Assembly (NCBI GenBank): GCA_965661575.1
Contig: CBFIEJ010000003.1
Location: forward strand, 7,492-71,491
DNA from: an uncultured Flavobacteriales bacterium
GTDB taxonomy: Bacteria; Bacteroidota; Bacteroidia; Flavobacteriales_D; Sanyastnellaceae
DNA length: 64,000 nucleotides
Direction: 5' to 3'
A program made the position numbers and the translations under genes. The notes under the pieces are model-generated. The model was not told the origin of the DNA and did not search any database. It worked only from the letters and a program-made list of their open reading frames with translations. Positions 55,991 to 64,000 of the stretch are shown here, piece after piece. Position 1 is the first letter of the stretch. Each line of letters starts with the position of its first letter.

Positions 55991-58753
55991 ATGTTCAGAA
56001 TCTTACCACAAAAACGCATCGTCAAGCGTCAAAGCGCCCCGACGCGACCGCGGAATACCTTGCTTTTTGTGCTGCTCGCAATCGGAGCCCTAGCCACTCA
56101 AGCGCGCAATAGCGAAGCGCTAGCAGCCCACGCGATGGGAGGAGAAGTGGTCTATGAATACCTTGGTGGAGGAGATTTTGAAATCTCCTTGATTTTTTAC
56201 CGAGAATGCTTTGGAAACGTCCAGCCCTTTGGCTGGCAAAATGGCGGAACAAATCTGGATCCCGAGATTCAACTGGGCATTTTTGAAGGCAACAATCCGT
56301 TCAACATTTACACAGTTGACCTCGATATAACCTCCATTGAACCCCTCGAAACTGTACTTGAAAACCCGTGCGGAAACTTGCCAGAAGACTTGTGCATGCA
56401 GCGGCTAGAATATTCAATTGTCGTCAACCTCCCGCCCAGTGCGATTGGTTATGACCTTATCTTCCAACGTTGTTGCCGCAACCCAGGAATTTCGAACCTT
56501 CCCAATCCAGGAGACATCGGAATTACGCTCACCACGCAAATACCTCCGTTTGTCGATGACTCGAGTCCCAACAGCAGCCCAACCTTCAACACCTACCCTC
56601 CCGAAGCCATCTGCACCAACTTTGATTTCTTTCTAGATCAAGGGGCAACTGACGCTGACGGTGACTCGTTGAGCTATGCATTTTGCACGCCTCTCAATGG
56701 TGGAAGTACGGATAATCCATCACCTGCTCCTTCTGCTGCCTCGACATTCAATGAAATTCCTTGGGGAGCAGGATTCGAAGCGTTGGACCCCATCCCCTCC
56801 GCCCCACCTTTCGACATAGACCCTGAGACCGGAGCAATCACCGGATTTCCAACGACTCCTGGTGCTTACGTGATTGGCATTTGCGTCTCAGAATATCGGG
56901 ACGGCGAATTGTTGAGCACGGTCATGCGAGATTTTCAGTTCAATGTGGTCATGTGCGACCCCACAATCATATCAGCGGCGCAACCGCAGTCAACCGATCA
57001 ATACTGCATTGGAGAAACCATCGCGTTTTTCGAAAACTCAGTAGGAGCTCAAGAACTGCTCTGGGACTTTGGCGTGGACGGCATCGAAACAGACATCAGT
57101 TTTGATGCAGCCCCTACTTATACCTATCCCGACACGGGAACCTACGAAGTCATGCTGATTGCCAACCCCTCGTGGCCCTGTGCAGACACTTCTAGCCAGG
57201 TGTTTTACATCTACGAGCCCATTGATCTGGAAATCGAGTTGAATGACTTTGCATGTTTAGGTGGCACAGAAGCCTTTGACCTTTCGGTGAACGGCGAATT
57301 CACAGGAAATACCAATATCACGTGGACTTTTCCAGGAGGTCTACCCGCCAGCTCCAATCTCGAAAGCCCGGGCTGGGTCACATTCGCAAATGAAGAAAAT
57401 TGGACCGTAACAGCGGTAGCAGAACATTATGGCTGTGTGTCAAACCAAACCTTTGACTGGGTTGCACCAGCCGATCCTGTTGCAGACATCGCGGACCAGT
57501 CCTCTTTTTGTGAAGGCTACACTTTTGACTTCGACAACCTTTCTGCGAACGATGAGAGCTGGATTTGGGACTTTGGTGTCACTGGAGAGGAGGATGTTTC
57601 ATTTGACCAGTCCCCAACCTTTACCTACCCGTATCCGGGAATCTTTGAAGTCGAACTGATCGTATCTGCCCCGTACACCTGCAACGATACCGCTTTTGCG
57701 ACGGTGGAGATATTCCCTGAAATTGATCCGGCCTTCACCATTCCTGACCCTGAATGCTTTTCGACCAACAACTTCACACTGGCCCCTATTTTCACCAACC
57801 AGCCTGAAACCCAATACACATGGGATTTTGGAGGTGAGACAACCAGTGCAAACGTGTCCAACGGAACAGTGAACAACTTGTCTTATGCAGAACCCGGAAC
57901 ATACACAGTAGAGGTTACGGCAACAGCGAACGGATGTGAAGTCACCGCCGCGGAAGATGTTTGGGTCATTACCGATCCCTCCATCAATTTTCAAGCTGGC
58001 CCTTCCACCGGTTGTCCTCCTCATTCAGTCAGTTTCATCAATGGAAGTCAAACAGAGACGGCTACAACTTACGAATGGCAATTCGGCGATGGAACGAGTT
58101 CTGTTGCCGCAAGTCCCAATCATATTTATGAGACTTCCGGTGACTTCTCGGTGACCCTATTGATGAATGCAGGTGGATTTTGCAGTCAAGAATTGCTATT
58201 GACCCAAAACAACATCATCCAAGTCCTTGATGTACCACAAGCAGGTTTTGACATCACGCCCAATGAGGTAAACATTCTCGATCCGACTGTTGAATTCGAA
58301 ACGCTCAGCTCAAATGGGATCGATTGTTTCTATAATTTCGGAGATGGCGGATCTTCTAGCGATTGCTTTGGCACCTACACGTATAGTGATGGCGGACTTT
58401 TTGAAGTGACTCAAACCGTTATCAATGCCGCTGGATGCAGCAGCACAGCAACGGGAGAAGTCGCGGTTGCCGGAGATGTCTTCTATGCCCCGAACAGCTT
58501 CACTCCAAACAACGATGGCGTGAACGACGTATGGATTCCCGTGGCCCTTGGCATCACCTCTTACCGTTTGCAAATTTTCAACCGGTGGGGAGAACAGGTT
58601 TGGATGACAATGGACGCCCAACTCCCGTGGCTCGGGAACACGCAGGATGGTAGTCACTTCTTGCCAGATGGTCTTTATCATTACAGTGTGAAAGTAGAGG
58701 ACCAACTGAAGTATCCGCGAACCTATTCTGGCTCAATTCAACTGCTCCGCTAA
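55991..58753 (+). CDS. PKD-repeat protein with T9SS type B (gliding-motility-associated, CHU_C) C-terminal sorting domain
   Basis: Five WDFGDG-type PKD repeats. C-terminus FYAPNSFTPNNDGVNDVWIP...FNRWGEQVW...DGLYHYSV. Confidence 0.8.
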   Translation: MFRILPQKRIVKRQSAPTRPRNTLLFVLLAIGALATQARNSEALAAHAMGGEVVYEYLGGGDFEISLIFYRECFGNVQPFGWQNGGTNLDPEIQLGIFEGNNPFNIYTVDLDITSIEPLETVLENPCGNLPEDLCMQRLEYSIVVNLPPSAIGYDLIFQRCCRNPGISNLPNPGDIGITLTTQIPPFVDDSSPNSSPTFNTYPPEAICTNFDFFLDQGATDADGDSLSYAFCTPLNGGSTDNPSPAPSAASTFNEIPWGAGFEALDPIPSAPPFDIDPETGAITGFPTTPGAYVIGICVSEYRDGELLSTVMRDFQFNVVMCDPTIISAAQPQSTDQYCIGETIAFFENSVGAQELLWDFGVDGIETDISFDAAPTYTYPDTGTYEVMLIANPSWPCADTSSQVFYIYEPIDLEIELNDFACLGGTEAFDLSVNGEFTGNTNITWTFPGGLPASSNLESPGWVTFANEENWTVTAVAEHYGCVSNQTFDWVAPADPVADIADQSSFCEGYTFDFDNLSANDESWIWDFGVTGEEDVSFDQSPTFTYPYPGIFEVELIVSAPYTCNDTAFATVEIFPEIDPAFTIPDPECFSTNNFTLAPIFTNQPETQYTWDFGGETTSANVSNGTVNNLSYAEPGTYTVEVTATANGCEVTAAEDVWVITDPSINFQAGPSTGCPPHSVSFINGSQTETATTYEWQFGDGTSSVAASPNHIYETSGDFSVTLLMNAGGFCSQELLLTQNNIIQVLDVPQAGFDITPNEVNILDPTVEFETLSSNGIDCFYNFGDGGSSSDCFGTYTYSDGGLFEVTQTVINAAGCSSTATGEVAVAGDVFYAPNSFTPNNDGVNDVWIPVALGITSYRLQIFNRWGEQVWMTMDAQLPWLGNTQDGSHFLPDGLYHYSVKVEDQLKYPRTYSGSIQLLR

Positions 58754-58844
58754 CCAAGAGAAAAAATCAATTTCGTGTCCTCAGGACAAAATGTTTTGGA
58801 TAAACACATCCGTCGAATATATTAGCATCAATAAGTTCGGCAAT

Positions 58845-59264
58845 ATGAGCGACCATAGCAACAGAGATGAAATTTTTTCAAAGCCCGTGCGAGCAGGCAA
58901 ACGGACGTACTTTTTTGACGTAAAGGCGACGCGTGGTCGAGATTTATACATGACCATAACAGAAAGCAAGCGCCGATTTGACGATGAAGGCAATGTTCAT
59001 TATCAAAAGCATAAAATCTTCCTCTACCGTGAAGACTTTCAAAATTTCGAAGAGGGATTTGTAGCAGCTGTGGAAAAAATCGACGAATTGATGGCGACAG
59101 GAGAATACCGCGACCCCATCGCTGAGAGAGAGGCAAAATATGCCGCTGCAGACTCCATAGAAATGGATGCCACAACTGAAAGCTCCGAAGCTTCTACACC
59201 TGATGCTCCCGCGCACAGCGAAGCCAGCGAAGCCGCAGACGACATCAGCTTCGAAGATCTCTGA
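58845..59264 (+). CDS. PUR-alpha-like nucleic-acid-binding protein (DUF3276)
   Basis: FSKPVRAGKRTYFFDVKATRGRDLYMTITESKRRF...KHKIFLYREDFQNF pattern with an acidic C-terminal tail. Confidence 0.62.
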   Translation: MSDHSNRDEIFSKPVRAGKRTYFFDVKATRGRDLYMTITESKRRFDDEGNVHYQKHKIFLYREDFQNFEEGFVAAVEKIDELMATGEYRDPIAEREAKYAAADSIEMDATTESSEASTPDAPAHSEASEAADDISFEDL

Positions 59265-59395
59265 GGCAACCAGTACCTTCCAGACCAGAAGGGGCACCGG
59301 CACTTTTGGGGTGTATTCGATTCCGCTCTTATGCTGCGCATGTCGATTCACCGTAGGCGTTGAAAACTTTTGCTGAAAGCAAAATTGTGTCACGT

Positions 59396-59403
59396 TATCT
59401 TTG
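59396..59403 (+). promoter_or_regulatory. -7 promoter element TATCTTTG inside the DUF3276-parA intergenic region
   Basis: Exact TAnnTTTG, about 170 nt upstream of the parA ATG. Would give a long structured leader or a small RNA. Confidence 0.3.
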
Positions 59404-59573
59404 GTGTGTTCAGGGCCTGAGCCAGACGTTTTTACTTTGAACCCTTTCGGCACCTCCTCAAGTTCGAAAGGCTTTCAAATGTTAAGTTGGCTTGACTCGT
59501 GAATGGTTTTCATACTAGATCTAAGGCGCGGTCGTTTCTTTGAAACGGTAGCAACTGAAAAACAAACGAAGCT

Positions 59574-60386
59574 ATGGGCAAGGTCATCGCAATTGCAAAT
59601 CAAAAAGGAGGTGTCGGAAAGACAACAACAGCGATCAATTTAGGCGCTTGCTTTGCAGTGTTAGAATTCAAAACCCTGCTCATCGATGCAGACCCACAAG
59701 CCAATGCCACTTCAGGACTAGGCATCGATCCAACCACCGTGGAATCTGGAACTTACGAAGCGCTACTCGGCGATGCCGCAGTAAAATCCTACATCCAACC
59801 AACTTCAACACCGAACCTCGATGTTTTACCGGCCCGCATCGATTTGGTCGGAGCAGAAATTGAACTGATTTCAGTAGAAGAAAGAGAGCATCAATTGCGG
59901 AAGTCAATTGAACAATTGAAGGACGATTATGACTTCATTCTCATCGATTGCTCTCCCAGTCTCGGCCTGATTACGATCAACTCTCTCACCGCGGCTGATT
60001 CAGTTCTCATCCCTGTTCAGTGTGAGTACTTCGCACTTGAAGGTCTAGGAAAGTTGTTGAATACCATCAAAATTGTTCAAAGCCAGCTGAACGAAGCTCT
60101 GGATGTCGAAGGCATATTACTGACCATGTACGATACACGCTTGAGACTTGCCAATCAAGTGGTGGATGAGGTACGGACCCATTTTCAAGACATGGTCATG
60201 AAGACGGTCATTCACCGAAACACTAGACTTGGTGAAGCTCCAAGCTTCGGAGAGTCCATCATCATGCACGATGCGTCCTCAAAAGGATCTGTCAACTACC
60301 TGAATCTTGCACGTGAAATCCTTCAAAGGAATCGAATGACGCAATTGACGGATGACGAGAAAACCATTCCACTGACCAATCTTTAA
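59574..60386 (+). CDS. parA: chromosome-partitioning ATPase ParA/Soj
   Basis: Deviant Walker A NQKGGVGKTT, plus IDCSPSLG and the ParA length. Confidence 0.92.
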   Translation: MGKVIAIANQKGGVGKTTTAINLGACFAVLEFKTLLIDADPQANATSGLGIDPTTVESGTYEALLGDAAVKSYIQPTSTPNLDVLPARIDLVGAEIELISVEEREHQLRKSIEQLKDDYDFILIDCSPSLGLITINSLTAADSVLIPVQCEYFALEGLGKLLNTIKIVQSQLNEALDVEGILLTMYDTRLRLANQVVDEVRTHFQDMVMKTVIHRNTRLGEAPSFGESIIMHDASSKGSVNYLNLAREILQRNRMTQLTDDEKTIPLTNL

Positions 60387-60400
60387 AGAGAGCGTCTTCG

Positions 60401-61291
60401 ATGGCACAGAAACAAGCCTTGGGTAAGGGATTGGGCGCATTGCTCTCAGATGCTCCGAAACGTCCGGTAACAGCAAAAAGAGCTGACGCACCGCCCATCA
60501 TTGGAAAAATGGCAGGTAACATTGCATTGCTCACGATCAGCCAAATCGAAGCCAATGCGGACCAGCCAAGGAAAGACTTTGACGCCGAACCACTTCAAGA
60601 ATTAGCAACGAGCCTGCGAGAGTTGGGAATCATTCAGCCAATCACCGTGCACAAGGTTCGAGCCAATAAGTATCAGATCATCAGTGGAGAGAGGAGATTC
60701 CGTGCGGCGCAACTTGCGAATTTGGAGGAAATCCCCGCTTACATCAGAGAAGCCAACGATCAGACGTTACTCGAGATGGCTTTGGTCGAAAACATCCAAC
60801 GCGAGGACCTGCACTCCATCGAGATTGCAAAGTCTTTGGAAAGACTCATTGAAGAATGCAACCTCACTCACGAAGAACTTGGCGATCGTCTTGGAAAGAG
60901 CCGAAGCACAATCACCAATTACGTGCGACTTCTTCAGTTACCTGGTCCGATGCAAATTGCAGTGCGCACCAAGCAAATCAGCATGGGACACGCGCGAGCA
61001 TTGATTGCCATCGATGATGCCACTTGGCAAACCGATGTTTTCAATCGCATTGTCCGAGAAAATCTCTCCGTGCGGCAAGTCGAAGAACTGTCTCAAGTCA
61101 AGAAGAAAAAATCGCAAGCAAAGAAAAAGAGCCTTCTCACATTCGACGAGCAAAAAGTGCAAGCGGATCTGAGGTTGAAATTTGGACGGAACATTCGTCT
61201 CAAAAGCGGAATCGATGGAAAAGGTAAAATCGAAATTCCTTATTCAACCGCGGAGGAACTTGATGCACTGCTTCAAATGTGGGACATTTAA
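60401..61291 (+). CDS. parB: chromosome-partitioning protein ParB/Spo0J
   Basis: LGKGLGALL, NADQPRKDF, GERRFRAA and the HTH THEELGDRLGKSRSTITN. Confidence 0.92.
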   Translation: MAQKQALGKGLGALLSDAPKRPVTAKRADAPPIIGKMAGNIALLTISQIEANADQPRKDFDAEPLQELATSLRELGIIQPITVHKVRANKYQIISGERRFRAAQLANLEEIPAYIREANDQTLLEMALVENIQREDLHSIEIAKSLERLIEECNLTHEELGDRLGKSRSTITNYVRLLQLPGPMQIAVRTKQISMGHARALIAIDDATWQTDVFNRIVRENLSVRQVEELSQVKKKKSQAKKKSLLTFDEQKVQADLRLKFGRNIRLKSGIDGKGKIEIPYSTAEELDALLQMWDI

Positions 61292-61292
61292 A

Positions 61293-61895
61293 ATGGCGCT
61301 TTGCTCGACAAATCGATCCGGGTACTTTTCGGTCATGACCTTTCTTGTGTTCACGATCAGTTTTCTTTTTGCGACAACTGTGCGGGCCAACGTCATCGCT
61401 CATTGGCCAGCAGAAGTGAAACTGCAATCCGATACCACATTGACCGCAGCTCAATTGAAAGTCAGAAAGGCCACGCGTCTGGCATTGTTTATACCCGGGG
61501 CCGGACAATTATCCAATCGGAATTACTTCAAAGCGGTTTGCGTCTGGGGCGGAATGGCCTACGGTGTCAACTACTTACTCGACAATACCCAAGATCTTCG
61601 GGACACACGCTCGGACCTCATTGATGCCATCAATCAAAATGCAGGATTCAACAGGATCAGCACATTGACCGAACGAGAAACCTATGACCAGCGATTCAGA
61701 GATATTTCGTGGCTCATCTTATTTGGCATTCATGGACTGTCCATTCTCGACGCTCATGTGAGCGCTAATCTCCAATCGTTTGATGTCTCCGAAGACCTAT
61801 CCCTTCGCTGGGGCTTTGTGCGAATGCCCGATCAATCTGCTTTAGGACTCTCCTTGAATTGGCGTCCTCAACCAAAAACGACCCCACATCTTTAA
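61293..61895 (+). CDS. DUF5683-like membrane protein
   Basis: LFIPGAGQLSNRNYFKAVCVWGGMAYGVNYL pattern. The conserved position after parB matches Flavobacteriia. ATG lies 2 nt after the parB stop. Confidence 0.55.
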   Translation: MALCSTNRSGYFSVMTFLVFTISFLFATTVRANVIAHWPAEVKLQSDTTLTAAQLKVRKATRLALFIPGAGQLSNRNYFKAVCVWGGMAYGVNYLLDNTQDLRDTRSDLIDAINQNAGFNRISTLTERETYDQRFRDISWLILFGIHGLSILDAHVSANLQSFDVSEDLSLRWGFVRMPDQSALGLSLNWRPQPKTTPHL

Positions 61896-61908
61896 TCATT
61901 TTCTTCCT

Positions 61909-63510
61909 ATGCCCATCCCGCAATTGCTTCCTTGGATTATGCTCGTCGCACTTTTGCTGGTGCATGTTATTTTTCTGTCAAAGCTTTTCGAAAAAGCGGG
62001 TGCTACTGGATGGCATGGATTCCTGCCGGGACTGAACTACTGGACGTGGCTCAAAATCATTGGCAGGCCATGGTATTGGATTATCCTGCTCGTGATCCCG
62101 GGAATAAACCTTCTAATGCTTGTTATCATGCAAGTGGAGTTGGGCATCGCTTTCAACCAACGTTCTACGGCTGAACAGTGGAAAATCGGCGCCCTGCCCT
62201 GGGTCTTCATCCCTCTCCTCAGTCGCAGCAATGCATCCTACAGTGGACGACGAGATTGGACGAAAGAGAAGAAATCCGTTTTTAGAGACTGGAGCGAATC
62301 CATTCTCTGGGCGCTGGTTGTTGCAACAATTGTTCGAACCTTCGTTTTTGAAGCATTTACCATTCCTACTGCTTCAATGGAGGGGAGCATGTTGGTTGGA
62401 GATTATTTGTATGTCAGTAAAACAGCATATGGCGCAAAAGCACCTCAAACTCCTGTTTCCATTCCCTTGATTCACAATGTAATACCCGGGGGAATGACCC
62501 CGAGTTATCTCGAGTGGTTTTCCCTGCCCTTCACCCGGCTCCCGGGAATTCGCAGCGTCAAACGTTATGATGCCGTCGTATTTAATTTTCCCCACGGCGA
62601 CACCATTGTTGTTGATCCCAACCTTGCCGGACACGATTATTACGGAATTCTGCGGCGAGAAGGAATCGCGAGTGCCTCAGGCAGCATTGAAAATTATCTT
62701 CAAGCCCCCGATCGTTACAATGCACAGGCGCGTGAAAAATTGTCAAAGCGTTACGGCATCAAGAAACGTCCCCTCGACAAAACTGAAAACTATGTCAAGC
62801 GTTGCGTAGGACTGCCCGGCGAAACCATCTCTGTGATTGATGGCTTACTGCACATCGACGGAGAAGCGATCGAACCTCCAGCAGGTGTACAATATGAGTA
62901 CAATACCACCTTCAAATCCCAACTTGACGCGCGTCGCGCCATTGCAGGACTCGAACTCACCAATGTTGACCTTGGTCCCGCAAAGATGAATGGAGATGCC
63001 GTGGAAGTGATCATGGCACTGACAGACGCCGAAGTTGACGCCCTCAACCGAGGTGACCTCGCCAAATCCGTGACTCGTATGGACGTCTCTTCTCGTCGAG
63101 GGTCACTCGAAATGTTTCCAAATGTTTCGAGTGCTGAATTTGATCAGTGGGATCCCGACAATGTTGGCCCCATACGACTCCCCCACCAAGGATTGGAAGT
63201 AGAACTCGACGTCCGCAATCTGGCATTGTACAGAAGGGCGATCACAACCTATGAAGGACACGAGCTTGAGGAGCGCGAAGGGGAAATCTTGATTGATGGT
63301 GAAGTTCGAAAAACCTACACATTTGAACTCAATTATTACTGGATGATGGGCGATAACCGACATAGATCGGCCGACTCTCGAATGTGGGGATTCGTGCCCG
63401 AAACGCATGTTGTCGGCCACGCTTCTTTCATCTGGTTTTCAAAACAAAATGAAGCTCAGCACGGTGAAAGCAAAATTCGATGGAATCGCATGTTCCGATC
63501 GGTGAAATGA
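61909..63510 (+). CDS. lepB: signal peptidase I (long Bacteroidota form)
   Basis: Catalytic Ser box PTASMEGSMLVGDYL, Lys box YVKRCVGLPGE and GDNRHRSADSRMWGFVP. Confidence 0.88.
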   Translation: MPIPQLLPWIMLVALLLVHVIFLSKLFEKAGATGWHGFLPGLNYWTWLKIIGRPWYWIILLVIPGINLLMLVIMQVELGIAFNQRSTAEQWKIGALPWVFIPLLSRSNASYSGRRDWTKEKKSVFRDWSESILWALVVATIVRTFVFEAFTIPTASMEGSMLVGDYLYVSKTAYGAKAPQTPVSIPLIHNVIPGGMTPSYLEWFSLPFTRLPGIRSVKRYDAVVFNFPHGDTIVVDPNLAGHDYYGILRREGIASASGSIENYLQAPDRYNAQAREKLSKRYGIKKRPLDKTENYVKRCVGLPGETISVIDGLLHIDGEAIEPPAGVQYEYNTTFKSQLDARRAIAGLELTNVDLGPAKMNGDAVEVIMALTDAEVDALNRGDLAKSVTRMDVSSRRGSLEMFPNVSSAEFDQWDPDNVGPIRLPHQGLEVELDVRNLALYRRAITTYEGHELEEREGEILIDGEVRKTYTFELNYYWMMGDNRHRSADSRMWGFVPETHVVGHASFIWFSKQNEAQHGESKIRWNRMFRSVK

Positions 63511-64000
63511 CGGCAGTACTGCCAATGACCCCCTTCCCACCGATGCATTGGTGGCATCTCGCTACCAATGGCGATGGTTTTGTCTATGAACCGGCAGAAG
63601 ACTTTCGTCGTCAAACGATGCGCAATCGAATGGTCATCAGTGGGCCACAGGGAAAAACAATTCTATCATTTCCGGTCCAATCCAATGCAGAGCAAACTGC
63701 GCTTCCGCTATTGTCTGCTCACATCTCCCCAAGTCACTCTTTTCGAACCTTACAATCTGCTTACGGAGGCGCACCTTTCTTTGAGCATTTCGAGGATGAA
63801 CTGCGAACAATGTGGCTCAAATATTTGCCCAACCATGGAGCTGAAGTGAAACCATTGAAAGCGTTCAATGCGGCCACAATTGAGTGGGTTGCAGAGCTAT
63901 GCAAATGGACTGTGATTCCAGATTCAATCGAAGTTCCGGAGTTCAGCGCATCCTCAAAGGACCTGCGAGACAAGCACAGGCTTGCAGGACGTGGCTGGAA
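63507..64000 (+). CDS. WbqC-family protein (partial, 3' end outside the window)
   Basis: Absent from the ORF track because it has no stop. My translation gives MTAVLPMTPFPPMHWWHLATNGDGFVYEPAEDFRRQTMRNRMVISGPQGKTILSFPV..., which fits the WbqC N-terminal pattern. Its ATG overlaps the lepB stop (ATGA). Confidence 0.5.
   Translation, partial: MTAVLPMTPFPPMHWWHLATNGDGFVYEPAEDFRRQTMRNRMVISGPQGKTILSFPVQSNAEQTALPLLSAHISPSHSFRTLQSAYGGAPFFEHFEDELRTMWLKYLPNHGAEVKPLKAFNAATIEWVAELCKWTVIPDSIEVPEFSASSKDLRDKHRLAGRGW

Noticed and set aside
58944-59453. 169-aa minus-strand ORF reaching into the 309-nt intergenic region
   Set aside because: Two thirds of it is antisense to the DUF3276 gene. It has no family signature or signal, so it is more likely non-coding.
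59265-59573. Possible replication origin next to parAB
   Set aside because: I found no TTATCCACA/TGTGGATAA-type DnaA boxes or AT-rich unwinding element by eye, and neither dnaA nor dnaN is adjacent.
1-64000. Defence island, prophage, mobile element, CRISPR array, tRNA/rRNA genes, or a biosynthetic gene cluster
   Set aside because: I saw no integrase, transposase, Cas, nuclease/methylase pairs, reverse transcriptase, direct-repeat arrays or tRNA-like cloverleaf candidates in the short intergenic regions. PhoH, the DUF62 SAM hydrolase and the YfcE phosphoesterase sit in ordinary housekeeping contexts.

Overview
This is a densely coding (roughly 90%+) chromosomal segment that looks like Bacteroidota, Flavobacteriia-like. 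The evidence is a GldF-type gliding permease, SusC/SusD, several T9SS C-terminal sorting domains, a PorT-like barrel, DUF5683 after parAB, a long signal peptidase I, and TAnnTTTG promoter boxes. Most genes are housekeeping: purC, tsaC, cca, glnS, clpS, rpe, coaE, xth, gap, pfkA, rho, mtaB, lgt, msrB, parAB and lepB. I saw no rRNA, tRNA, CRISPR array, transposase, integrase or recognisable defence genes, so there is no convincing self-contained novel system. The one accessory-like block is a starch/maltodextrin utilisation super-locus at about 13.5-34.4 kb. It comprises a minus-strand pfkA-gap-kinase-pgmB-GH65 operon and a divergent Nudix/NrtR-like regulator. The regulator is followed by a CotH-kinase/lamin-tail protein, a T9SS-sorted GH13 amylase, SusC/SusD, two small surface proteins and a second GH13. 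The observations most worth follow-up are listed below.
- A -7 promoter box sits 3-5 nt from many start codons, which predicts widespread leaderless mRNAs and resolves several start codons.
- CotH/LTD proteins are embedded in and flank the starch locus, which is headed by a catalytically degenerate Nudix regulator.
- An NfeD-SPFH-ATE-like-xth operon lies close to clpS.
- Rho carries an insertion built from 15-nt tandem repeats and has a long structured leader.
- A 309-nt structured non-coding region lies upstream of parAB.
All protein family calls are by-eye motif recognition, with no database search.
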